The notes beneath the pieces were generated by a model. It had not been told where the DNA came from, searched no databases, and saw only the letters and a program-made list of their open reading frames with translations. The position numbers were made by a program, and so were the translations under genes. A stretch of 64,000 nt of DNA from a virus (Duplodnaviria > Caudoviricetes), in the IMG/VR virus record IMGVR_UViG_3300035497_000279, positions 1 through 64,000 of that record. One strand, given 5' to 3'. Shown here in pieces: positions 49,748 to 57,932 of the stretch; within the stretch, counting starts at the first letter, position 1; the number at the start of each line of letters is the position of its first letter.

Positions 49748-50251
49748 ATGGAAACAAAACAAAAATTTTTCAATTTAATCATTGCCAATGGTCCAATATT
49801 TAGTGATAATGACATTTTTAAATTGACCAGAACCAAAGGAGACTCAGATATTGAGTACATTTATGATGTACCAATGAAGGAATCAAATGGACTATACTTA
49901 TACTATTCAAGAACTAATGGTAAATCATTATTTGAGAATGAATCACTTAAGAAATTGGATAGTGCTTTTGTACTTATTTCAAATGAGCTGGATTATAGTT
50001 ATATAGACGTGAATGTAAAGACAGGCTTTGAATATATTCCTTTTGAATCAATTGTTAATTCAATCAGTAAATGGGAAAAGTATCCAGAAGCAAAAAAAGA
50101 CTTTTATAGTATTCTCGATAAGATAACTGATTTGTTTGAAGTAAATAAGTTTTCTGATTCTGATAAGAATTTCATATCAGGAGCTTATATTACTGACATG
50201 AATATCGTAAGAGAGTATGAAAGATTATGCTGGATTGCTGGTGCTGATTGA
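49748..50251 (+). CDS. Hypothetical early protein
   Basis: TGTATACTATA promoter, SD, terminator. Confidence 0.75.
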   Translation: METKQKFFNLIIANGPIFSDNDIFKLTRTKGDSDIEYIYDVPMKESNGLYLYYSRTNGKSLFENESLKKLDSAFVLISNELDYSYIDVNVKTGFEYIPFESIVNSISKWEKYPEAKKDFYSILDKITDLFEVNKFSDSDKNFISGAYITDMNIVREYERLCWIAGAD

Positions 50252-50356
50252 TAATGATAAGCCCATGGATAAAACCATGGGCTTTTATATTTTATTATTT
50301 TTTGTTAAATTGTAAAGACTCTATAACTTTGAAGTAATATATTTATATAAGGAGGA

Positions 50357-50938
50357 ATGATTATGAAGTGCGATAAGTTAATAGTAGTTATCAATGGTAA
50401 AGGCGGATCTGGTAAAGATACTTTAGCTAATTTTGTTGCAGAGCAAATGCGGGAAGGATCAGCGGAGGTTGTAAGTAGTATTACACCAATTAAAGAAATT
50501 GCATACAAATACGGATATAGTGATGATGATAAGAATTTAATGGCTAGAAGATTCTTATCAGAGTTAAAAGCAGTATTTATAGAATGGAACGATTTACCAC
50601 TTATGTATTTAGGCCCAATTATTGATGATTTTTTAGATACACCATCTAAAAAGTTGTTATTTGTTATGATAAGAGAACCTGTGGAAATAAAGAAGTTTAA
50701 AACACTGGTTGATAGGAAGTTAGTAGATTTGACAAAGGAAGGGAATTGTCCATCTACAGAGATAGTCACTTTATTAATTAAAAGACCAGAAGTAGATAGT
50801 ATAGATTTCTGCAATGAATCAGATGATTATGTAGATAACTATAATTATGATTATATTTATAATAATGATGGAGATCTTTTCAGAGAAAAGTATAAGTTCA
50901 TGTTATTCTTTATAGATAATATACTAAGTGTATATTAA
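50357..50938 (+). CDS. P-loop nucleotide (dNMP) kinase-like protein
   Basis: INGKGGSGKDT, IRE..E, YDYIYNNDG. Confidence 0.7.
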   Translation: MIMKCDKLIVVINGKGGSGKDTLANFVAEQMREGSAEVVSSITPIKEIAYKYGYSDDDKNLMARRFLSELKAVFIEWNDLPLMYLGPIIDDFLDTPSKKLLFVMIREPVEIKKFKTLVDRKLVDLTKEGNCPSTEIVTLLIKRPEVDSIDFCNESDDYVDNYNYDYIYNNDGDLFREKYKFMLFFIDNILSVY

Positions 50939-50976
50939 TTGCTATTGACTAATAAATGAAAGGAAGGATGCTATAG

Positions 50977-51120
50977 GTGTTGCATAATTTATTAGGGGAG
51001 GTTTTATCATGGATTAATGATCCTAAAAATAAAGATATGGTAATTGATATTTCTTTGGGTATATTTACATTCTGTATGATAATGTGTGCAGTCTTAGCAA
51101 TACTCATTGATCAGAATTAA
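50977..51120 (+). CDS. Small predicted membrane protein (not in the ORF track)
   Basis: 47 aa with hydrophobic ISLGIFTFCMIMCAVLAILI; purine-rich SD. Confidence 0.5.
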   Translation: MLHNLLGEVLSWINDPKNKDMVIDISLGIFTFCMIMCAVLAILIDQN

Positions 51121-51690
51121 TAGGTATAATTACAGGAGTATATGAAAAGAACGGAGGTTAATTAATGTCTAAAAGTAATAAAAACGAAAGTGGGTTTTTG
51201 ATTTCGATGGAATTCTTAATTATAGTATAATAGAATAATCCATTTTGTATTTTCAGTTATATAAAATTGCATATACAAAATAATCATACGCCGTACTATT
51301 AGCGTAAACTAGCAAGGGCAAAATTGTAATACTTAGCTCTTGGAGAATACTTATTATGTAGATTACAACGAGACCGGCTTAACGAGACAATTCTCTACAA
51401 AAAAGTTTAAACCTTCTATGTATCAATTAATTGATATACACTTAATTATAAACTAGAAAAAGAGAGGGAGTGATCCAAGCTTGGTTGGGAGAAAATAAAA
51501 AATGTGAATAATTCATTATCTTTAACAATGAATCTTTTGATATTAAAAATTACTTTCCAATACTTTAATTTAACTTTAAGAAATGATAAGTTTGCTAGAG
51601 TTTAATATGTAAATTTTTAGTTAAACTAGAAGTATATTTTATTTACTTACGGGATAGCATTTATTAAAAGTATATTGGAGGTAAAAAGAT

Positions 51691-52494
51691 ATGTTAGTAT
51701 TAATGATTCAAGATAAGCTTGAGTTTGACGTGGATGGAATAGCTATATGTAAAGATAAAATTAGCCCTGAAGTTAAGGGGTTCTTTAAAAGAATAAATGA
51801 TTATTATAATAAAGTATTTGATACTAATTATAGTAGGAATTTTTTCTGGGGATTTAACAATCTTAATCCCCTTATTAAAACAATAGACTTATCAGTAGAA
51901 GCAATTCAGAGAGCTATGGCTATGGCATGTAAAGATTGTGATAATATCTACCTATTGGATGTACCTAAAGAGATTGCTTTGGTTACTGATTATTACAGTT
52001 TTCAGGATGCTATATACACATCTAGAAATTGTAACTCTGTTGATTTAGATTGGGAAACAATATTGCAGCTTGATAATGATAGAGAGCAACAAGTATTAAT
52101 CCCATATATAAATAAATCCTGGATCATAGAAGAAATCACATTTGCTGATCTTATTAAGAAAGTAGTATTAGAATTAGCAGATAAATATAAAGGTTATGAT
52201 GCAGAATTTTATAAAGCACCAATTGGAAAACGTATAAAGAGAGGAATACAAAGAATGACAATTAATGTAGACCCAAGGCAAATTATTGAAGGAGACACTG
52301 TTTTATGCAAATTAGAGGATCTTGGTAAATTAGGTTCTGATATTGCTGACAAATTTGATTTACGTATATATGATTCTATTTATTTGTATATCAATACAGA
52401 GCATCAAGTTTATGGTGGAGCACTATTAAGTGGATTACATTTAAATTTTTCTAAGCTTGATGTAAACTATAGTGATTATTATATTAACTATTAG
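51691..52494 (+). CDS. Hypothetical protein
   Basis: SD GGAGG; downstream hairpin. Confidence 0.7.
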   Translation: MLVLMIQDKLEFDVDGIAICKDKISPEVKGFFKRINDYYNKVFDTNYSRNFFWGFNNLNPLIKTIDLSVEAIQRAMAMACKDCDNIYLLDVPKEIALVTDYYSFQDAIYTSRNCNSVDLDWETILQLDNDREQQVLIPYINKSWIIEEITFADLIKKVVLELADKYKGYDAEFYKAPIGKRIKRGIQRMTINVDPRQIIEGDTVLCKLEDLGKLGSDIADKFDLRIYDSIYLYINTEHQVYGGALLSGLHLNFSKLDVNYSDYYINY

Positions 52495-52606
52495 AAGCAT
52501 GTAATACTATAAAGGTATAGGTGGATGCCTATACCTTTATAATTCTGATTTTGGTAATATATTATACTTATGATTATAGAAACTAATGATATTAAGGAGG
52601 AATAAA

Positions 52607-52975
52607 ATGGATGACAAAATATTTGAATTTATTGTAGGTGATGGAGCTGATCTAAAAGATATAGTTCGTAATGAATTATCAGATCATATTAATAAGATTA
52701 TTCTTGATGGTCTTATCAGATGTTGGGGAGAAGTGGAGTATACATTTGTAAATCATTTTATTATAAATGATAATAAAAACTTCACTATTAATTTCATTTT
52801 TAGTGACATGGTAATTTACATGTTTAAAGTTGATGATGATACTTTTAGGATGATTATAAGATATAATATAAGTCCTAATACGAGAACAGAATTGGTTATA
52901 GAAAATATACGCATCCTTACAGATCCAGATAAAATTCAAGCGTTAAACAATAAAGATAGCAAGGAGGACAAATAA
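52607..52975 (+). CDS. Hypothetical early protein
   Basis: Early promoter at 52558-52566; SD before ATG 52607. Confidence 0.7.
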   Translation: MDDKIFEFIVGDGADLKDIVRNELSDHINKIILDGLIRCWGEVEYTFVNHFIINDNKNFTINFIFSDMVIYMFKVDDDTFRMIIRYNISPNTRTELVIENIRILTDPDKIQALNNKDSKEDK

Positions 52976-53221
52976 ATGACTTGGATGAATAATATTGTAT
53001 TAAGTATTTTAAACAAACTTAACCATGAAGAAATCATATCGTTCTATAAAAAGGTTTATTGTGAGAATGATATTGTTATGAGTGAGCTTCTTAGGAATAT
53101 GAAGCTTAAGTATTTAACACCTGAAGATATATCATATCTATTAGAGTGGGCTGGAGATTCTGAATATGTAACAGCAGAGCAACTGATAAATGAAGTAAAG
53201 GAATTAGACGAATCAGCATGA
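52976..53221 (+). CDS. Small hypothetical protein
   Basis: SD AAGGAGG; abuts the previous gene. Confidence 0.7.
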   Translation: MTWMNNIVLSILNKLNHEEIISFYKKVYCENDIVMSELLRNMKLKYLTPEDISYLLEWAGDSEYVTAEQLINEVKELDESA

Positions 53222-53367
53222 ATCAATTATAAAAAGTAATAATAGCATTGACAAGAAGAATAAGGAATAATATATTGGCTAGGGTTTGTGCTCTAGCCAT
53301 ATTATTTTTTGGTTATATATTATAGTGGTGTAATAGTAAATATATTTGTAATAGGGAGGAATAAAAA

Positions 53368-54372
53368 ATGCAAAAAACCAGATGTAGAAATGACGCGTTA
53401 AAAGATTCAATTGAACTTTTAGACGAGATCAAATGTGTACTTCAGGAAGTTATAGAAGGTGAGAATCTTACTGATTCTTGTAGAAATCATAATCTTGATT
53501 ACATGAGAATACGTAGATTTATTATGGGGACTAATAGATTTTACGTAGATAATAGATTCACGATAGATACATGTGATATAGATTTTCCTGTAGAGGATGG
53601 TTATCACAGGCTCTATAGAAAGATATTCAGTTTACCGGCAAAACAGAGAATTAATTTGCCGAAAGATTTGAGAGAATCTATTGATTTTATCATAGACACA
53701 CAGTTAACCCCAATACAGGCAGATATTTTAACTAATCGTTTTGCTGTTCATGGTGTAGAGGAAGCTAAAACCATGAAGTACTTAGCCTATAAACATAATA
53801 TAAGAGAATCTAGAGTAAGAGATATTGAGATTAAAGCTCTTAGGATTTGTCGTGCAGGTAGTAATAGCAGTATTATAAGAGATGGTATGTCAAAACATTT
53901 GGAAGATGTTTCAAATAAGAAATTCATAGCTGCTAGAAAGAAGGCTGGCGAAGAGCAGAGAGCTGCCGCTGAGCGTAAATCTATTGAGGAGTTTTATGAG
54001 TCATATCTAAATGGATTATCAAATTCCGAAAAAGAAGTATGGGATGCTATAATGCATAATCTTAATTCTCGCAGAATATATGATTTAGATAGAGATGTAT
54101 TATCATCAAGAGCTTTTAATGCATTAAAAGCAATACCGAGCCAGTATGATGATCCTGATCACTATACACAGTTTCCGTATGATACTCATTCATATATAAC
54201 TCTTGGTGAGCTTATATTATTAACTGACGATAAGATATTATCTTTACATTCTTGTGGTAAAGCAACCACAAAAGAAATTGGAGAGGCTATCGAATCAATC
54301 ATACATGAATATGGTATTCCTTACACAAGAGAAGAATTCTTAGATGCTTATAAGAAATATTGTGAAGGCTAG
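53368..54372 (+). CDS. Sigma-70 region 4-like HTH fused to an RNA polymerase alpha-CTD-like domain
   Basis: LTPIQADILTNRF...T..LA....IRESRVRDIEIKALR; LSSRAFNALK...TLGEL...DKILSLHSCGKATTKEI. Confidence 0.75.
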   Translation: MQKTRCRNDALKDSIELLDEIKCVLQEVIEGENLTDSCRNHNLDYMRIRRFIMGTNRFYVDNRFTIDTCDIDFPVEDGYHRLYRKIFSLPAKQRINLPKDLRESIDFIIDTQLTPIQADILTNRFAVHGVEEAKTMKYLAYKHNIRESRVRDIEIKALRICRAGSNSSIIRDGMSKHLEDVSNKKFIAARKKAGEEQRAAAERKSIEEFYESYLNGLSNSEKEVWDAIMHNLNSRRIYDLDRDVLSSRAFNALKAIPSQYDDPDHYTQFPYDTHSYITLGELILLTDDKILSLHSCGKATTKEIGEAIESIIHEYGIPYTREEFLDAYKKYCEG

Positions 54373-54857
54373 GGTTAATCCCTAGCCTATATTTTAAGAT
54401 AAATAATAAGAAAGGAGATTTATAATTATGCATATGTTACCAGATGATTACAGAGATGATATGTTGCTTGGTAGATTATTATTTGATATTATTGGCGTTG
54501 CAGAAATAAGAGTGTACGGATCTGAAGGAGATATTGAACCACATTTTCACATAATAAATAATACAGTAGATATTGCTATATGTATTTTTGAAAATAGTTA
54601 TTTGCCGGCTCACTCAAATAATGTAAAATCATTAACAATAAATGATTATAATATGCTAAATAAATGGTTAAAAAAGAATGTATCTAATTTACCATTCACT
54701 GTTAATATGACTAATTGGGAAAATATATGCCTTACCTGGGATTGCTGCAATGATGGAGATACAGACCCAAATGCTCCACAACCAGAATATTTAATAAGGG
54801 AACTTATATCTAATTAATATATTAATGCTATGGTTAATCCCTAGCCTATATTTTAAG
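54368..54857 (+). repeat. 31-nt direct repeat (hairpin) flanking one gene
   Basis: gcta(g/t)ggttaatccctagcctatattttaag at 54368-54398 and 54827-54857, one mismatch. Confidence 0.85.
54428..54817 (+). CDS. PHFH-motif (DUF4160-like) protein 1
   Basis: VYGSEGDIEPHFHI, ICIFENSY..H, LNKWL, TNWE. Confidence 0.65.
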   Translation: MHMLPDDYRDDMLLGRLLFDIIGVAEIRVYGSEGDIEPHFHIINNTVDIAICIFENSYLPAHSNNVKSLTINDYNMLNKWLKKNVSNLPFTVNMTNWENICLTWDCCNDGDTDPNAPQPEYLIRELISN

Positions 54858-54869
54858 GAGGATTTTATT

Positions 54870-55301
54870 ATGGATAATAATTCTGTATTAATAGGAATAA
54901 TTAAATTTGAAGATGAATTAAACGAAGCTGAAATAATTGCTACAGGTGGAAGATTCAATCCGTCTCGTATTGGTTTATGCAAAATAAATGTATACTCTAA
55001 TGAAGGTCAGAAACCTCATTTTCATTTATATAAATTAAATGGGAATGATGAATTTGAAACTTGCATATGTATTTATTCAAATAATTATTTTTCTCATGGA
55101 GGGAAATATACATCCAAATTAAACTCTAAACAATGCAAAGAATTAAATGATTGGTTGAAGAATCCAAATAAAACATACCCAAATCTCAGCAATTGGGAAG
55201 CAATTGTGTATGAGTGGGAACGTGGTAATGGAGGTAAGAAATTCAAAAATAAAGTTTCTGTTCAACCAGATTATGATAAAATGAATATGTTCAAAGATTA
55301 A
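54870..55301 (+). CDS. PHFH-motif (DUF4160-like) protein 2
   Basis: VYSNEGQKPHFHL; start moved to ATG 54870 on SD. Confidence 0.65.
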   Translation: MDNNSVLIGIIKFEDELNEAEIIATGGRFNPSRIGLCKINVYSNEGQKPHFHLYKLNGNDEFETCICIYSNNYFSHGGKYTSKLNSKQCKELNDWLKNPNKTYPNLSNWEAIVYEWERGNGGKKFKNKVSVQPDYDKMNMFKD

Positions 55302-55316
55302 ATAAAGGAGATTTAT

Positions 55317-55691
55317 ATGATAGTTAAGCATGGAAGAGATGAAAAGTTTGTAGGAGAACTTAATTTCGACAAAATAGGAGTCGCTAAAATGTGGGTATAT
55401 GGAGATGAAGGTAACTTACCACCACATTTTCATATTATTAATAACGAAACAGATTTAGCTATATGTATTTTTGATAATGCATATATACAAAAGCATTCTA
55501 AATATATTAATATGATAACAGATAAAGATTGTAAGATGCTTAATGAATGGTTTACAGATAATATATCAGATATGCCATTTAAAATTAATAATTGGAATGC
55601 AACCGCTGGATTATGGGAGTCTAGTAATGGTTTAACTGGCAGGGAACGTAATCAAACAATTTATTCTATAAATGAATTTAAAGCCATTTAA
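55317..55691 (+). CDS. PHFH-motif (DUF4160-like) protein 3
   Basis: VYGDEGNLPPHFHI. Confidence 0.65.
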   Translation: MIVKHGRDEKFVGELNFDKIGVAKMWVYGDEGNLPPHFHIINNETDLAICIFDNAYIQKHSKYINMITDKDCKMLNEWFTDNISDMPFKINNWNATAGLWESSNGLTGRERNQTIYSINEFKAI

Positions 55692-55786
55692 AAATTACAG
55701 CTAGGCTATTATTGTCTAGCTGTATTATTTTTTGCTTAATCTAATTCCTTGGACAATCTATTAATGTAAGAAAGGAGGTCTTATAA

Positions 55787-57931
55787 ATGGCTTTAGAAGA
55801 ATTTAAAAGCTCTAATAATCCATCTGATAAAAGGGCACTACTTGTTCGTACTGCTACAGACACTCTAAAAATTTATGGTATTGATTATTCTATTACTGTT
55901 AAAGATAGGGATGATTTTATTAGTGGTAAGAAAAATGACTTTGGAGATATATCATTATGCTTTATGCTTGGAAGGAATATAAATAAAGCATGTAGAGTTG
56001 TCAATAAAGCAATTAAGAATTTTGGTGGGGAATTTGAGCAGGGTAATCATGGGATGGCTTTCTTATATCTAAATAGAAATGATGATGATTTAGAATTACC
56101 AGAGGATGAATCTCAAGATATTCATTTTATTCTGGATAATACAGATCCATCAAGAGTATTCTTATCCTCAGATTGGCATATATTTGGTGATCATTACGGT
56201 AAAGGTAAGAATCATGTAAATATTAGAGATATTGTATCATGGTGTAAGAAAAATATTAAAGATGATGATGTGTTTATTTTTTTAGGAGATCTTACTCATA
56301 GATATTGCAATGAAGAAGATCAACAGAAAGCATCAGCAATTTATAGATCAATTCCAGGAATCAAAGTATTAATTTTGGGTAATCATGATATTATTACTGG
56401 AGAAGACTTCTATAACAATTGTGGATTTGATTTCATATTTAATGAATTAATTCATAATGGAGTAATATATACTCATAGACCAAAGAATATTGATATAGAG
56501 CCTGAATGTTATCTTAATATTCATGGTCATAAACACAATGTAAGAACTTATAATGTTACTGATGGCAAGAGTTCTATAAATGTATATCCTGAATTCTTTG
56601 ATAATAAACCTACTACATTGAAATATTGTTTAGCTCATGTAGGAAAACTTACCAAAGACAATATTCAAGATTATGGTTCTAATTATAAAGAGAGCACAAT
56701 AAGTGAAACTAAAAGATCAGAATTACCAAGTTCATCATTTGGAATTCCAGAAGATAGAAAATTCCCATTAGATACAAAACAGCATATCAATTCTGCTATT
56801 AAGTTATTTGGTCATGCTGAAGAATCTAAGAAGAAATTATTAGCAAAGAGAATATCTAGCGCTGCTAAGAAGTATAATATTTCTATTAAAGATGATTCTC
56901 AGGTTGCTAAATATTTATCTGAAGCATCTGATGTAGTTTATCAGAAGGATTCTATCATGGTTAATAATGATGGAGAACTTATTGAGATGGATATTAAGAA
57001 TATTTGTCATTGGTATGTAACTGCATCAAGATATCCAGGAGATATACCTGAAGAGAATTATTCTAAAAATCTTATAGATGCAATAGAAAGTTGTGAAGAT
57101 ATAACTGAAGAAAATAATCAGTTATATGTATTCATTTGTAATGGATTAAGAAGAGATCTAGATCATTGTTTTAAAGGTATTTGTGTTGGTATTATTACTG
57201 TAGATGAGAATAAGCAATATGAATGGTTAATTCAATATCCAATAGATTTAGTAGATGGAGAGTATAAAGGATTAAGCATTAATGAATGGGCTATGTCTTC
57301 AGTAAATCCTATAGTAGGGGTTAGTAAACCATTTATTATGAAGATAGGAACTATGGATTCTACATTAAATCCTAAACAATATTTATTCTCTCCAGATGTA
57401 GTTTCTGATAAGTATTTAGCTATATCTGAAGATGCTAAACTTACTATAGTAGATGCTAAATCTGTTGCTAATTATTATATTGAATCAGAATATGAATTTG
57501 TTGGTGATAGAAGAAAACTAAGTAAGATATATGAAGCTTATAAATCTGGTAAGATTGTAGATAATACATTCTTCTATACTGCTCTTGCTGGGAAACCATT
57601 ATTAACAGAAGATCAAATTGATTTTGATAAAGATTTTAGAAAGATTAATTTTAAAGCTTTAAAAGAATCATTTATCGGAAAACTTGCAACTACAGAATCT
57701 CAATATAATTCTATATCTAGAATAAGTAATAATGTTATAGATATTGGATTGTCTGAATCTATATATGGTACGCTAGATACTAAGTATGGTATTAAAGCTA
57801 AGTTTTCTTTAGATGGGTATTATTTAGAATCGTCAGTATTGAATACAAGAAGTCCATATTATGATACATTAGAAGAATTGAAAGAATCAGATTCTAGTTG
57901 GTTAAGACTGGATTTTCAGGAGGTGATATAA
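55787..57931 (+). CDS. Calcineurin-like metallophosphoesterase fused to a DUF6582-like domain and an unknown C-terminal region
   Basis: SDWH, LGD, GNHD, THRP, HGHKH; RSELP.S.FGIPEDRKFPL...H..SA..LF; GACA-N6-TA promoter at 55752-55763. Confidence 0.75.
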   Translation: MALEEFKSSNNPSDKRALLVRTATDTLKIYGIDYSITVKDRDDFISGKKNDFGDISLCFMLGRNINKACRVVNKAIKNFGGEFEQGNHGMAFLYLNRNDDDLELPEDESQDIHFILDNTDPSRVFLSSDWHIFGDHYGKGKNHVNIRDIVSWCKKNIKDDDVFIFLGDLTHRYCNEEDQQKASAIYRSIPGIKVLILGNHDIITGEDFYNNCGFDFIFNELIHNGVIYTHRPKNIDIEPECYLNIHGHKHNVRTYNVTDGKSSINVYPEFFDNKPTTLKYCLAHVGKLTKDNIQDYGSNYKESTISETKRSELPSSSFGIPEDRKFPLDTKQHINSAIKLFGHAEESKKKLLAKRISSAAKKYNISIKDDSQVAKYLSEASDVVYQKDSIMVNNDGELIEMDIKNICHWYVTASRYPGDIPEENYSKNLIDAIESCEDITEENNQLYVFICNGLRRDLDHCFKGICVGIITVDENKQYEWLIQYPIDLVDGEYKGLSINEWAMSSVNPIVGVSKPFIMKIGTMDSTLNPKQYLFSPDVVSDKYLAISEDAKLTIVDAKSVANYYIESEYEFVGDRRKLSKIYEAYKSGKIVDNTFFYTALAGKPLLTEDQIDFDKDFRKINFKALKESFIGKLATTESQYNSISRISNNVIDIGLSESIYGTLDTKYGIKAKFSLDGYYLESSVLNTRSPYYDTLEELKESDSSWLRLDFQEVI

Positions 57932-57932
57932 A

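Noticed and set aside
51165-51230. Prepilin-like peptide NESGFLISMEFLIIV
   Set aside because: Glu is at +6 rather than +5 and the ORF ends after 21 aa
51190-51310. tmRNA-like appearance (gggtttttgatttcga start, YAVLLA-stop)
   Set aside because: No tRNA-like 3' end or T-arm found, and an in-frame TAA precedes the tag-like codons
42101-54857. Recurrent hairpins as a CRISPR array
   Set aside because: Irregular spacing, whole genes between copies, and located at gene ends like terminators
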